The position numbers and the translations under genes are program-made. A DNA stretch of 64,000 nucleotides from Vermamoeba vermiformis. Taxonomy: Eukaryota. Each line of letters starts with the position of its first letter. The stretch's first letter is position 1. Of this stretch, positions 27,401-42,338 are shown in pieces. The notes below the pieces were generated by a model, which saw only the letters and a list, made by a program, of their open reading frames with translations, ran no database searches and had not been told where the DNA came from. Location of the stretch: the NCBI GenBank assembly GCA_045837725.1, contig JBEWZL010000221.1, positions 1-64,000 of the forward strand, read 5' to 3'.

Positions 27401-28932
27401 TCAATGACACCAGTTCGTCCTCCGTTAATGAAAATACTATAAAAAAATCGTTAAATAAGCTGCCCAAGTACGTGGATTAAGCATACGTTAGGGTAACTTC
27501 ACGATCGGAAACGTGAGCTAGCGAGTCTAAGGGGGAAGTCAGAAAAGGTGTGATTGCAATGCCAATTAGTTACCTTTTGACACGTTGACCAAAGCGTTCT
27601 TCTCTGCGAGCAAATAAGGAAGACGAATGAACGTGCGCATTAATTGTTCCGTGAACATTGCACCCTTCGGAGCACCAGTCGAGCCACTTGTGTAAATGAT
27701 GGTAGCCAACTCATTCGGTTGTCTTATCACAATTGGTCTTGGAGATGATGTGCCAGCTTCAATTAGAGACGCAAAGGTAATAACGTTATCGTAGTCTCCG
27801 TTGTCCATATCGATGACATGTTTCAAGTTGGGACACTTGGATCTGGCCTCATTGAACTTCGAAACGAGCTTCCCACTGCATATAACCGTCGATAACTCGG
27901 TGTGATTGAGAATAAACTCTCGCTCCTCGTCTTTGATGTGGTGGTGAATTGGCACAGAGGTCAATCCGTACATGCCACAGGCGATGTCGGCGATGAACCA
28001 CTCTACTCGGTTATGTGACGATATGCCGACCAATGAGTTCTTTTCCAAGTTAAGCTTGTTAAGCAGGCCTAGATTGTATTACTACTATCAGCAAGAATGG
28101 AAGCAATGTGACCGAGCAACACGTACCAGATCCAAAGGCTTTACAACGGGTTTCAATGTCCTTGTAAGTCAACCAACTGTAAGAAGGCTTGCCATTGGTT
28201 ATGACTTTATAGCCGAAACACGGTCTGAACATGTACTGCGTGAAGGCTGCCTGATACATTTCAGCAATGCTGCTACATCGAACGACCTTCAATGAGCTGA
28301 TTAATGCGTCGTTAACTGCAACATCTATTAGTCCTCCTTACGCGTTTAAATATCTCTTCAGGATCTATAAGAGGTTCAATGCGCATGGGGTGCTCGTGCT
28401 CTTTAGTCTTGTGACATTCGCCGCAAAAATCGAAATTATCGCATTCAAAACAGTGATAACGGACCATACGCCCTTAATAAAGGAAATATAAATTTTTTTG
28501 ATGGAAATAGAATGGAGCTACCTGTAAACGTTGCATGGCACGCGTCACAAATAAAGACAGGTAAGTCCTCTGCATCAATGTGACCTCGAGTGTCTTCCTT
28601 TTTATATTGGTCGAGCTTTTTAACTAAATACTCTTCATCCTTCTATTAATACAATCTAAGCTAAGCAAGTGAATACAAATTATTTGAATTAATTACCCTG
28701 CATTTTTTTAACCGGTCTTCTTTCTTCGCTAAATCTATTATAATAATTAGTAATGAAATTATCGTCGAATATTTAATTGTATAATATTTTTTGACTTACC
28801 TTCACCAGTCAGTTTGTCGATTTCGGTTAATATTGTTTGAATTTCTTTACGAGCGTGTTCCAAGGCAATATTGTTTACCTGCCATCCATATTGCAAGCGA
28901 AGACGCTCTAATGTCTCAGTTTTGTCATACAT
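24439..28932 (-). CDS. Carboxylic acid reductase-like NRPS-type enzyme (adenylation-thiolation-thioester reductase)
   Basis: A domain: YTSGSTGAPKG, GYGTTE, PYPRGELYVKT, WFRTGD, DRKKNIFKLAQ. Carrier domain: IGGDSL. Reductase domain: LTGVTGFVG and YNATK. Confidence 0.9.
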
Positions 28933-29138
28933 CCGAGATGGGACTGGAAACAAAGAATCCTTTTGAAGTGGCGAAGAGTATTAAAATAATTCAATCAACT
29001 CTATGGATCAAGTCATTAGACCGAGGGACTCGTGGTGATACGGTCCTGGAAAATGAAGATTTTTCAGATCGGTTGTTTATTTAAATTAGTAGCAAAACTA
29101 CAACCAATCTATAATCAGTTTGAACTATTCTTTCTGAC

Positions 29139-30238
29139 TTAGAGCTCATCAATTTCGCCGTTGCCCTTAACCCACCAGGCCTTGGTTTGGCGGTTCTTGC
29201 TGACAACAGTTTCGACGGTGTAGATCAAGGTCAATTGTACAGCACCGATAGGATCATCAACCGAATCACCAACTATAAATTCGATATTAATAGAGCCATA
29301 AATTATCACCCAAACGAAAAGAGATCTTCGATCAATATTTAATTATTATTAAATTAGTAGTTCAATGAGCCAGTTCTTGGCCTCGCGATAGTATAATTTT
29401 TATATTACATACCGTTCAAAACTTGAGGAATTTCAACGGAGCAAGCAAAGTTATAACCCCAAGCAACCTGATCGATGAGGATTAGAATTTTATAGGAAAG
29501 GTTCAACGCAGGTTGTCGAGCTATGATAATAGTCCGCACTATCTATCGTCATGCTATTAAACTTACATCGATATTAGAAGGAATGATTTGAACACCAGTC
29601 AAATATTGGCCTTTGCCTTTATATTTGCCGCCATAAATATAGACGACGTGGTAGTCAAACTTAATAACGGTGGCCTACATAATTCAGTCAATAAATCGCG
29701 GTAAGCATTTTTAAAAAAAATTGATCTTTTAAAGGTGAATTGTACTGACCTTGTAAAGATTAAAGTACTCAATGGAGTAAGCTTCAGAAACAGGTTGTTT
29801 CCAGTTTGTCAAAGTTTTCCAGTCCTCGATACCTTTCTGAAAGAAGGAACGACAAGTTAGAATTCGAACGGATTTAAGGATTTAGTTCGTGCTTACGGGG
29901 GTGGCAGTACCGTAATTGACCTTAACCACAGAAGTAGGTTGATTTTTTACGATAATGTCCCACACTTCCTTGCCAATATTAATCATAGAACCAAGATCAA
30001 CTCCATCAAATTGCAATCCACGTTCAGCGCGAGCAACGCTCTCGTTCAAACGAGCCATATGTTCCTTGTAAAGGTGGTACAAATTACCGCGAGCAGCTTC
30101 GTGAGGCTCCAAGCGACGGATCTTGAAAGTGAGCTCTTCGGCAGATTGGTCACCGAGATTCACACCTGAGGTCGAAACACGCAAGGCATTGGCAAAAATA
30201 GCCAATGACAAAATTAATACAACGGTAGTTTGTTGCAT
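29139..30238 (-). CDS. Secreted uncharacterised beta-rich protein
   Basis: Signal peptide MQQTTVVLILSLAIFANA. Five exons give INIGKEVWDIIVKNQP..W..LTNWKQP..NLY..YGGKYKGKGQYL..VAWGY..DPIGAVQL. Confidence 0.75.
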
Positions 30239-30385
30239 TATGTATGGTTGTGGAAATGTAAGTTGTTTTTGGTTTAGTACAAAATTTTGTTCGATCAGAA
30301 TTTGACTGTCAAATTTCTAACCCAAATTGTTACCTTGATATTTCTTTTACTTCTATTTACAATAAATATTAAATATTCGCTTTGT

Positions 30386-32831
30386 TTAGGCAGCGACGAT
30401 GTCAGAGGCGAGGTTTCGCTTTGCAGTAGGGCTGTTAGGGATCTCATCCAAAGGCTTCAAACCAGGGTGCAAGTAAGCAGTGCGAAGAGTTTCGGAATCG
30501 AAGTGACGAGGGACTCGAGCCACATCCAAAATCTTCAACAATCTTCGCTCGTTTCGCTTGCGCTGAACGGCAAGAATGATGCACAACACGGCACTCAATC
30601 CAACGAAAGCCAATGAAGTCCAAGCAGCGGCAAACAAGCCCTTGACAAGGAAGAAGAAGAACGTAATGACTTGGAAGATGAGCAAGCTGACAAAGAAGAT
30701 GTTGATCGAGGTGGGAACGAAAGCACCAGGAGGGTGAATGTCGCGAGTGTGAACGTAGATAAAGTTGTATCTATCGGAGAACCAACGCAAAGCGAAGTAA
30801 GTCAAACCGAAGGGCAAGATGAGCGGAGTGACGATGCTGAAAGAGATGGTGATGACAAAGACCAAGAGACAGAAGGCAATGTGAGTCATGTAGGAGTAGT
30901 AGCCAACAACGTCCTTGTAGTAAGTGTCCTTGGAGCTCTTGCGGACAAAGTCAAGCACGTACGAGATGAGTTGACCGGGGCGCAACAAAAGCAAGACAAA
31001 ACCTTGCAAGAACATTGCAAAAATCAACCATCCGATCAAGAAGGCACCAATGCGAGAGTAATCAACAGACGAGAAGTTGTTGAGGATAGAGCTCGGGTCA
31101 GAAAGGAATTGCTGTAATTAACACGTTAGTCACGATTACTTTCGCGCATACCATTAAGTATCTTGCTTACATTAGCAAAAGCGACACCGCTGTCAAAGAT
31201 GGTCTTGAAGATCAAAGAGTTGAGCACGACGAAGAGGAAGTACTTTCGCAAAGTGCCGATTTCGAGTGAGGTCTTGCTGTGAGGGCGTTCAAGCTTGGTC
31301 AAAGCGCGCATAAGAGTGGGCAATACGGCCAAGAAGATGTACACGAGCAAGATGGGAATGTAGTAAATGATCAGGTTTGTCGCGATGGGGCTGATGTTCA
31401 AGATCCAGCCAAAGTAGGGTGCACCAGCGTCGGTCAAGCCGAAGATGATAATGTTGCTGAAGAATGAAATGACAGCGGACCAAAAGAGGGCGATGAGAAC
31501 GACTAAGATGTTGACACCAACGGCAGCAAGACGCTGCATCCAGCGAGGAGCATAGAGGTAGTTCCATTGAACGGCAGCTGGGGGCACAGGAGCAATCTTG
31601 GCAGACCACTGTCTGAGCTTAATAGACTTCTCGGCCTCGCTTGCGCGGTGTTTGCGAAGTCTGTGGCTGGTCTCTTCCATGTCGCGGACGCATCGTACAG
31701 CGTCAGAAGGCTCTCTGAAAGTAACAAAAGCGACGGGCGAGTCTTTGTGAGTCAATGGCATCAATTGTTTGGTTTGCAATGCGTTAGTCCAGACATCAAT
31801 GCTGTTGGTGTAATGATCGAGAGCATCAGCCTTGACGGAAGAGTCTTTACACTCATTGGCTTCGGTGCGCTTGTTCTTCTCGCGCAAAAGCTCTTCAGCT
31901 TTGCCGTAACCCATGTAAGCGTTCTTTCGGTTTGAAATGAATTGAAGATGCTCGGGGAGGTGGTAGCCCAAGTTGACCGATAAGACGCGATCCGGGTAAA
32001 GTTCGTTGAAGTAATCGAAGATGACATTAGGATCGGCAGTCTTAGGCAGATTCAAATAGACAGTGCAAGCTTGCACGGCTGTAAATTAAATCTGTGAGTT
32101 GAAATTTCACTCGAATGTCGGCAACTTCTAGATCCATATATCTCGATCTAAAACCGCATCAGCACCACTTACTGCAAGGGTCTCTGTAGGCCTCTCTCAA
32201 CTTAGGCAAGAAGTACTTGTTCTGGTAGAAGTAAATGAGCAACCAAGCCAAGACGCTGAACACAGCAAACACAGCAAAGTTAGCCCACAACCACGAATAG
32301 CCTTCTTCGTAGACACTCGCCGACAGGTCGGGGAAACTTCTGCCGCCGGAGTAGATTGTAGTCAATGGGAATAAGATAACGAGGCCTATCATCAATTCAT
32401 GAACATTTTTAAAAATGAAGTTAAAATTTTTGGATCTGTTTCACTTACCGATTACAGTGCAAATGGCAAAATAAATCATCAAGTACTTGATGAACTTCAA
32501 TTGAAAGACGGCATTATATCCTGAGCTGAGCACAATTTCCTGTTCTGAAGCGCTGAAAACATTTCTGAACCAGCCGCAGCCTTTTTTCAGTTTTCTGTAT
32601 GAATCCGGACTTGAAGAGAACAAATGGTTAGTGAATATGTTACTTGTGCGTATAATGCTCTATTTTCAATTCTTACTTGTTTTCTCTGTATTTAGGGTAG
32701 AAAAACCTCGCCATGCGCGGTCGCAGAATTAAAAATACGATCAACAAAGCGATCATAATTGCACCGGTAATAATCAGTGTCTCGGGTATACCACCCGTTG
32801 CGGTATTCTGTTTGTCACCGCCGCTATTCAT
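30386..32831 (-). CDS. OSCA/TMEM63 (CSC1-like) mechanosensitive cation channel
   Basis: N-terminal TM helix, cytosolic AFVTF and APVPP..VQW, LERPHSKT, FSIVTPLILPFGLTYF..DRYNFIYV. Confidence 0.9.
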
Positions 32832-33734
32832 GCTGAATAATTCGTAGAGATCCGGGATGAAAAATAATGGTTCGATTGTGGATGTGTCTCTGAGGTTGTT
32901 TGAATAAAAATGAAAACGGCCGATTGGTTTTAAGTCGGCACTGAGACCAAAAAATCAGCGTGCGTATGTTGTAAGCAAAATTTTCGCTGAAAGTTGCGCT
33001 AGTTCTGCTCAGGCGAAAGTCCCCTTTGTGATTCCAATTCAGACGAGCTACGAGTTTTCCACTAATTCTTCCTGCGCTGAACGGTAGAATTAAAATACCG
33101 CATTTGTTCTTGCTGTCTATTCAATCGCACGAGCTGCACACCAGCTTGCGGAAAAAGCCGAACCGATCAGACCTGCAGCTTCATGACGATATAATTCAAA
33201 TCCAACTGTAATTTAGCTAACCCATATAGACAATATGACGATTGAGCGTATCACTGAAATAGAGCAAGTATGAGTAGCGCAGTTAATTGAAACAAATCTG
33301 GTAGAAATCTCAGAGTTATTTGGTTTGCAAAATTATTAACGCAACTACTGAATATACTGCAGTAATTTATGTATGCATATAATAGCAGAAGAGTCGCTTA
33401 AAGCGGATTTAAAAATCATCAAAAAAAAAATAATTAGCATAATAATTCAAACATTAACAGCACCAGATCCGAAAGTATCTGGTATTAATTTTGCAATTTG
33501 CGTGCCGCTAAAAATAAAATTTACCTTGTGCTCAGCTGAGAACAAAAACATCTGTTCCTTCAGTCCAATAGGTATTTACAGACACCCTATTGTAACAACG
33601 GGACTGCAAGATAGAAATCAATCAATAACGTTATCGTTCCATTTGTGGAGTGGAGCTTGGTCAAATATAAAGCCTCAGTAAATTGTGTTAATTTCATTTC
33701 TCGTGCACGTTTCAAGGGTCAACCACACTCAGCA

Positions 33735-34928
33735 ATGGCAACTCAAGAACATATTTATACTGACCCTAAGTTACTGAGGCAAGCCATTAGAGAAAAACGG
33801 TTTTTGAAGCCGACATCCGGTCAATGCGCAGGATATTTACAAGCGAAGTAAGTTAGCGTGCAATTTCAAGTCGAATGATTGCTCGAAATTACCTTTATAA
33901 TTTTAGTTATTTTTTTATTGTTCAATTACTTGACACTGCCTTCTGCAATCAAAACGTCTGATCCAACTTTTACAGCATGGTCATTTTACCAAAATCAGCA
34001 TCGGATGATTTCTCTGCATTTTGCTCGAAAAATAACCGCCCGTGTCCTGTTATTGCCACGTTACCAGCAGGCAAGTTCAGTTTAGCAAATCCGCCTTTTA
34101 TGTGTTTTTGTTGATTGAATAGCCCGCTAACTACAAAATAATAGGTGTCAGAGAAGCGGCGACACTTGCTCCTGGTAGTGATGTAGCAACAGATCTGCCA
34201 AAATATCGCGTATTTAAAAATGGTGAATTAATCGAAGAGGTATTAACATTTGGAGCCTATTAATACAATGCAATTAATATTATTACACAAGAGAGATGAT
34301 GTTTCAGATTTATGGCGCGAGGATCTTGTGACATTTTTGATTGGTTGTTCCTTCAGCTTTGAAGAAGGTTTAATTAAAGCAGGTGTGCCAGTACGAAATA
34401 TCGAACAAGTAAGTTATACAACCACAATGCGGATAGGATGGCTAATATTTTTTAGGGTCGAAATGTATCGATGTACAAGACCAACATCAAGGTGAGTCAC
34501 AATCGCCCAATTGAAATCGAATAGTATAACTCATAATTCTTTTAGTGCGAGTCAGCGGGTCCGTTCAACGGTCCATTAGTCGTCAGCTACAGACCAATAC
34601 CAAAGCACCTCGTTGAGGAGACAATACGCGTCACGAATGAGTGTGGCGCAGCTCACGGACCACCAATTCACGTCGGAGATCCCGCCACCATTGGTATTAG
34701 TGACATTAACAAACCTGACTTTGGTGATGCCGTTGAGGCCAAAGAAGGAGATGTGCCTGTGTTTTGGGCCTGCGGTACGTACCTCACGAGATTTTGTATC
34801 GGATCTGACCTTGCACAGGCGTCACGGCAATTCTCGGTGCGTTATCTTCGAAAGCTGATTTGATTATCACACACGCTCCAGGACACATGTTTGTTTCGGA
34901 TAAGAAAGAGCTCAATTTTGAAAAATAA
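33735..34928 (+). CDS. DUF1445 / D-glutamate cyclase-like (putative hydro-lyase)
   Basis: [68 protein letters not shown]. Confidence 0.9.
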
Positions 34929-34993
34929 ATGTAAATAGAACAGAACACTATTCATTTATTACTATCACTACAAATGCTACTAAAATAATGTTA

Positions 34994-36010
34994 TTAGATC
35001 AACAATGCGAAGGAAGCTCCGGCAATGACGACAGACGAGGCGATGGTGGATGCACTGCTTTGTTGCTGTACAGTGCCGCATTCGCCAGCATTAGTTGTAG
35101 CACCAGATGAGCACTGACTGCCAGTGGTGATGCACGTGCTTGAACCCTTGCACCAAGTGCATCCAATTGAGAGGCTTTGCGCGGAGTTAGCACAAGTGAA
35201 GCAATCCTTGACGGTAGAACATTGCTCTGAGATGATCGTTAGGAAGTTATTTTTAATGCGCCGTACAACGTACTGAACGAAGAACTGCAAAGTTGGTTGC
35301 TCGTAGCGGTGGTACCAGCAGGAGCGAGACGGAAATCAGCGCATGAACCAGTCACGGTGCCAGTGCCGTTGACTTTGCCTATTTCCAAATTAGGTAAGCC
35401 GGTGCGTAGTTTAAATTTCGTATGAGGTCAGGCGATTAGTCGGTAGGAAATTATTTAATACCGTTTAACGATATTACTTATTATGACCGTTATTTATTCA
35501 GGTAAAATTCGTACTGATCTCTCAGATTCAATTTATTAAAAAGATTTCTTACCAGCGCGGCAACCACCTCCAGACATGCACCAAGCGCAGCTATATCCTC
35601 CAGCTTTTCTGCCCTCGCATTCTTGGCAAGTTTCTGAACCTGAGCAGGGATCTGAAAGCGGATTAGCTCGAGCGGATCAATTTTAATTGGAATTACCAGG
35701 GCATTGACCAATGTTGTTGTACAAAGTATTATCTGGGTTGCTCTGAACGCAAGTAGGAGAGTTAAGGGTCAAGCAAGAACCTATCGGTTTTTTTTGTAAG
35801 TAGATTCAAGTGTAATTGCAAAATCCTTCTTTTTAGCGGCGTCATGCCTTTTTTAATGTCATTATATCTTCTAAAATAGTACCTACCTGACGAACAATAG
35901 CTGCAGCCGTTGGACGTGCAAGCGTAACAGTCGGCGTTGTAATTACTGCAGGTCTGGGCGATAGCAGATGCGATTATCGAAATTGCAACGAATACCGTGA
36001 GCTTTTTCAT
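34994..36010 (-). CDS. Small Cys-rich secreted or GPI-anchored surface protein (PSI-like repeats)
   Basis: Signal peptide, repeated CxxC..CxW/YC modules and a hydrophobic C-terminal tail. Confidence 0.7.
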
Positions 36011-36236
36011 ATTCAGTTGTGGTACGTTGTGTATGTGGTTTGAACGAGTACATAAAAAAAGATTTTGTACCGCTTTCCTTTTTTAACAAACTATGAAATT
36101 TCGGGGGTTTTGGCGATTTTATTTTATTTGTTAGCGATTTTCCGTTAGAGTACATTAACCGTAATTATGATATAATTATATCATACCTCAGTAAAATTGC
36201 ACATTTAATTACTATTTACAAGTTGTTGTTCAGAAC

Positions 36237-39200
36237 TTAATCACTTTCGCTGCTCGAGGTGCTATCATTCTCATCTTCTTGATGGTCCACTGATCGCACG
36301 GACTGACTGCTCTTCACTTCATACTGCGCATCAACTTCAGCCTCTTTAACAGGGTCGCGATAATGATCTTCTTCAGTGTCGCGTGACACCATTGTAGTCA
36401 TGGAATTAAAGTCTTCTTGCTTATCCACGGACAGCATGCTAGAAGAGGTCACAGAGTCGGAGATCTCCCGCATAGAACTTGACGAGTCGAAAGAGCTTCC
36501 AGAGTACGTTCTGATTCTATGGTTGGCCTTCAAGGTCAAGGGTGGATTCACGGGCACAATCACTGCTTTGAATAGCTGTTCGTGACTGATAGTATTCAAG
36601 TCAACGCGTTTGCTGAGATTAGCTTCAGATCTCATTGTATTGAACATGTCGACGGGCGTTAACGAGAACGAGAGTCCTTCGCTGACGTGATGCGGCTGGT
36701 TGTGGTCTGCACTGTCGGCGTCAATCTCGAACACATTGGACATATCACTGCGTGCCGTTGAGACGCTCTTGCTAGCCCAAGTAGACTCATCGTTATCGTC
36801 CTCCTCTTCTTCACGCAGCTCATCCAAGAACAGATGTCTGTCGTTGAGTTCTTCAGTCGTGTCGTTGTTCTTCACACTTTCATTAGCCACGGAAATGACT
36901 GACTTATCGTCGCGCTCTTTAGGCTTGTCTTCTTCTGGAAGGGTCGATACATCTCCAATAGGCACGTGATCGTGATGTTCGCTCACGTCATCCATGTTAG
37001 GGTGATCGCTGACTTGTGACGAATGATCGGTCATCTGTGCCATTTCCTCCATCACACGGGCCATGCGTTTGTCACTAAACACGCTGTAAGCATCACTGAC
37101 TACTGAACGGTTGTCGTCGTGATGGTGCATGTCAAGTGCCTCGTGATCAAGCATGCTAGCGTGGCTGGCATAGTCTGTGCTTAGTTGCAAGTGTTTCTCT
37201 TCGTGCGACTCATCGATAGGAGCAAGGCCCTGCTCTTGATCGCGCTGGTTAGACGTGCTTTGATCGTTCAAGCCCGAGCCTTTTTGTTGCACGAATTGAA
37301 CGAGCAACTGAACCGTGTTCTTCAGCTCCTCAATCTCGCGTGTTTGTTTCTGTTTGTCTTCACGGAGTTCATTGACAGTGCTCTTAAGTGCTTCAATTTC
37401 CTTCGCTTGCTCATCCACAGTCTGCTTGAACAGTGTTGTAACACGATGAAAACTTGACAAAATGTCACGTGGCTTGGGTGTTTTGACGACATTTTCGGAA
37501 GTTGGAGGTGAGCTCGGGTTACCCCCATTGGCTTCAAACTTCGTGATCAATGACTTGATGTTGGCACTCGAGAACTCCATGGACGTCGATGGAGTTGACG
37601 TGCTTGACAAAGTGCCTTCTTGTTGACCCTCTTGTCTGTTCGCGTTAGTCAATTCGCCAAGCTGTTGCTGCATCTGTTGGAACTGCACGACGTAATCGAA
37701 CGCAGGTTTGAGTCTGTTTAACACGTTCAATTGCGACTCCAACTTGTCGTTGATCGCTTGGCCCCAGTTATTCAACTAAACAAACATTAGCAGTGCTCCA
37801 AATAAGAAATTTCGTTTTTCTTACCTCGCTTTCAAGCTTCGATGCTCGTTCACGATCACTCTTTTCAATCCTGTCCAAGTTGTTGAGAATGTCTTCGTTG
37901 GTCTTTTCGACTAGATCCAAGCGCGTGTTAACAGCTTGTAACTTGTCCTTCTTGTTCTTGTTCTTCGCTGACATGTCGACATGGCCGCTCATAATGACGT
38001 TCTCGCCTTTGAGCTTCTTGCCCAGTCCGTAGAAACTCAACTTGGACGCTTCTAACGGTGCATTTTTGCGCTTGTTTCGCACCAAGAAATAACAGCCCTC
38101 TTCGTCACACTATAGAAGCTGGAGTTAGAAAATTTCTCTAGAAAGTGAGGTTGTGCTTACGTTCATATCGAGCACAGGTCCGTTAGTTGAGTATTCTTTT
38201 ACTAAGTAGACACGCAACGGAGTCTCGAGACCACGTGCCCTATCAATAGGCGCCGGCAAGCTGTAGCTGTTGCCAGGGCTGCCGATCGGTGTGACAATGC
38301 CAGGCACTGCTACACTGCCCCCAGTAGCCGGGCCAACGCTGTTGCTGTTGTTGCTCGTGGTCAAACTACTTGTGCCTGATCCACCCGTCAGATCAGTCTC
38401 ACTCGAACCGTCTTCAACGCGCCACACAGTGAACTTTGATGACTCGTGACCGACGATTAAATGTGGTCCTAATTAGAGGACATTAGCATCGATCGATCTG
38501 AAAAAATTCTGTGTTGTTTGTACTTGCCTTGTTTCTGGATCAAATTGATTTTGTTCTCGTAATACGAAGCACGAACAATGACCGGTTCTAGATTGTTGCC
38601 AGAAGCCGCGCTTGATGTGTTGAGATCCGCTTCGTTTGTCGTGTTGAAATAATACATATTTGCGGGGTTTTGAGGGCTATAACGCATCATTAGATGTATT
38701 TCCTTATTTGGAATGATACTTACTTGATCAACAAATGAGTTAATTTTCTCACGCACACGGTGCCATTACGATCACCAAAATAAATGTACTTCTGATCCAA
38801 ATACATCTCGGTAATAATTGTATGGTGTCTTATAACAATAGGATCGTCGTTGGCTGTAGAAAAAGAAAATCATTAGCAACGAGAACTGACCACATCCGGG
38901 GCTTACCTTGACCCAGGAACCAAATGTAAATAGTATCGATTGTAGATCCTGCCACGCACTCGTGGTTAGCTTGCAATTTAATCAAACTTGTGCCTTCTTC
39001 TTTCAGCTCGCCTTCTCTTTCGAGCTTGCAAGCGGATGTGTTCCAAAGTTGCCACGCCTGAAAAAAAATTAAATTTAGTCAAATCAAACTTCAAATATTA
39101 AATATAATATCTTACGTGATGACTGCCAATCAATAAATAATCTTTTGAAATGATTTTGCAGAATTGATCCACAGGCTGCAAAATGTTGGAATGGACCATG

Positions 39201-41799
39201 TAACATTTGCGTTCAAAATTGATCACGTTTTCATATTCGGCTGAACTCGAGTGATCAGTGCGCTCTTTGTCTTTCTTGTCGCGTGAATCTTTCATGCTGA
39301 AGAAATCGAGTTCTGACAGCATGGAAATGAAGTCGAGGTCACGTGGTTTTTTCTCTTTCTTTTTGCCGTCTTTGGAACTTTGTTGACTTTGCGTCTCTAA
39401 TTCTTCGTGCGACCCTGCATCGGACTAACAAAATAGCATCAGTACAAACGTCAAAATGCTCCGAAGTTGTTTGAAAAAAACTTCGGATCTAACTGTTGCG
39501 AGTGGTCGATTTTAGCGAGTATTAAACTTACAGTAGTGTCACGTGGAGATTTCAAGTTGACAGGAACTTCTTCGCGAGTAATGCTCCAAGTCAATAATCG
39601 ATAGAATGTTTGATAGCACGTCAATAGAACCAACTAATAGGCCTTCATTAGTACCACTATTCACAAATCGATTGATCATAAATAGCACGTACCTTTTGGC
39701 CGGTTAATAACAGACAATTGGCGCGATTCTTTTCGATGATTTCGTTGTCGCTTAAATGCAAAGATTGCACGGCTGATTTGTTTTGATCACTCGCGTGAGG
39801 GTTGGCCATGTCAACCAGTTTGTCCTTCATTCCCGCGACTTGCAACACTGGCGCTGATTCAGACACGCCATTGCGGCCAATCAGGTCCCCATCAGTCTTC
39901 ATTAACATGGGCTCCGTGGAACTCAGCTTCAATGTGCCTTTTTTGGAAAGAGACCGTGTAGACATCTCTCGCTCCATAATAGGCGACAGCGTTGCACTGC
40001 GATCACGTCCTTCTGTCACACTATCGTGCGCGTTCAAATCTCTTTTGGAAGGGCTGTGAGACCGTTCACCTGAAGCCTTTCGACGCGACCTAAAAACACC
40101 ACTTAGTCACCATAATACTACGTAATCATGCGATTTTGCAAGTCTTACTTGATCGGACTGTCTGCCTTCTTCAAACTGTCACGTGATATTTTGCGGTAAT
40201 TCTTCGGGTCTTCGTAAATGTACTTGACATGTTCCGTGCGAATGTCATAAAGTTGAAGTTTGTGGTTCTCGTGATAGCTCATAATATATGGATACTGATA
40301 GGCTACTGATACTAGTCCCGATTTGTTATTGACACTCACCAAATAAGTTTGCATCAGATCCGTCACAATCAAAGTGCCTAAAAGTAATAATTAGAAAACC
40401 ATCTCATATGGCATCATTATAACCTACCAATGTTGTTGAAGTTGCTGACAGTGTAACCAGGCGCCATAATACGCGTGCTGCATCGTGCGTTGAAATTACT
40501 GCCATCGAGCTTGTCAGGAATTGACGCCAAGACAAACCGTGAAAATTTCTTTGACTCTCGTTTTCGTCGTCGGTCTTTATCGTGCCAGTTCGTTATTGAT
40601 CCTCGACGTGGCTTTTCACCGTCCTCTTTAGGCGATAATGATCCATTATCTCGCTGAAAACGTCATGTCAGAAAATGGATCGGTAATTAATTAATTCTAA
40701 GTGTGTACCTTTAATTGATTTGTATTAGAAACAGGTCGCGAACTGCTAGGTGATAGCACTATATTAGGATCAACTTCACTAGGTTCCTGAGAAGGTTGCA
40801 GATCTACGAGAACAAACAAATGTCAGATCCATCCAAAAAATTGTTGCATGAAACTTACCGACTAGCGATGCCCACGACGAAGCACGAGCTACTTTAATAG
40901 TAGGATTCTTATTATGATGTTTACGTTGTTTTTCCTCTGGTGAAATTGTAAGTGAATTTGAAGGGAGAAGAGGTGTACTGCTACTTGGTGGTAACGACGG
41001 TGTGGGCGTCGTATTCGTGCTCGCCATGCTAAATGAGGTCTCTGTAATACTCGCTTCGCTGCTGCTTTGTAAATCTAGATCGGATCTGCCTGGGCTAAAT
41101 ATAGAAAGTGTCAATTGTTGAAAGCCAATCAATAACACAAATTTCAATAATAATGAAGCAAGTTCTGAGTATCAATTATGCTTATCGAACAAGCGTTAAT
41201 TATCCCGCTTTATAATAAACATAATTAGTAAATTAACGTTCGACTTACCGGCCAGGTTGTGACACTGTCAATAGCGATTTGCTAAATAAAAATTAAATTA
41301 TTAACCATTGCTCGCATTTAATTTCTGTGGTAATAATTATAAATATCATAATTTGACGTGAATGGCCAAATTACAAAGTGATTTCGAATTCAAATCACAA
41401 GATCCAAAAAAACATTTAGTAAATACTTGCCTAGTGTCTTTAAATGCATAATAGCTATTCTTGTCGTCGCGAAATGGTTTCTTTTTGTCAGGAAAGCTAA
41501 ACAAATAAAGTTTGACGCGCAGTTGCTCGCAGTAATCAGTAGCTCTAGGTCGGGTGACTGTCAGTATTTTACAAACGCTATCAACCAATTCGGCGCCTAG
41601 CAGAGTATAAATTAGCACGTTTTTAAGCAATAAGTAACTCGCAGTCGCGATCGATATTTAAAGTCAACAAATCCGCAAATTCACTCAATTAAATTACTTG
41701 TTTAATTTATGAAAACTTTTTGCGTACCTGATATGCATTTATAAGCCTTGAAATGCTTTCGTTTGGTCGAAAACAGTGCGCTACTCGCTGCGACGACAT
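36237..41799 (-). CDS. Large multi-exon protein: N-terminal DEP domain, beta-propeller-like middle, coiled-coil/acidic tail (may be two genes)
   Basis: GAELVD..TRPRATDYCEQL..PFRDDKNSYYAF is DEP-like. Consecutive minus-strand exons lead to the 512-codon terminal ORF. Confidence 0.6.
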
Positions 41800-42338
41800 C
41801 CGTGGCGAGTTTTGCCAAGTCAATCGAAGGAGAAGGAATTCTCGGCGATTTATATTCCTATTAAATAGTATTAAATATGCACCGACAAGATAAATCATTA
41901 TTAATCGATCTGCTCCCGGTATAATTTAATTAATTTTCCTCTTCGTTCGAATGTCATTAGAAATCAATATTGCAATATTTAATTGCGCGTTCATCGAGTA
42001 TAAAGTAGCTATAAATTATTAATTACTGGAATATCCTTGAGATCGAGCGTTGTCGAAGGTTCTGCCATCTGCCGTCAACGAGTTATCTTTCGTGTGCCTT
42101 TACTTATTCATTAGATTTAATAAATATAGTGAGTATCTTCTTGTTGCATACTGCTAAAGAAATTTACAAAACTAACGGCCGTGCCAAAAAACCACGTCAA
42201 AATTTTAATTTTCGGCCGAGAAAGGAAAAATAGGCAATCTAAAAGATAACAAACGAAACTTTTGACAATATCTCTTTTTTTATTTAACAACCAAGTATCG
42301 ACGTCAAAGGAGCACGTCTCAACCGAATGTTACAAGAT

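Noticed and set aside
30671-31935. Long plus-strand ORFs antisense to the OSCA gene (likewise for RPS2 and ABCC)
   Set aside because: These are shadows of biased codon usage in the real minus-strand genes.
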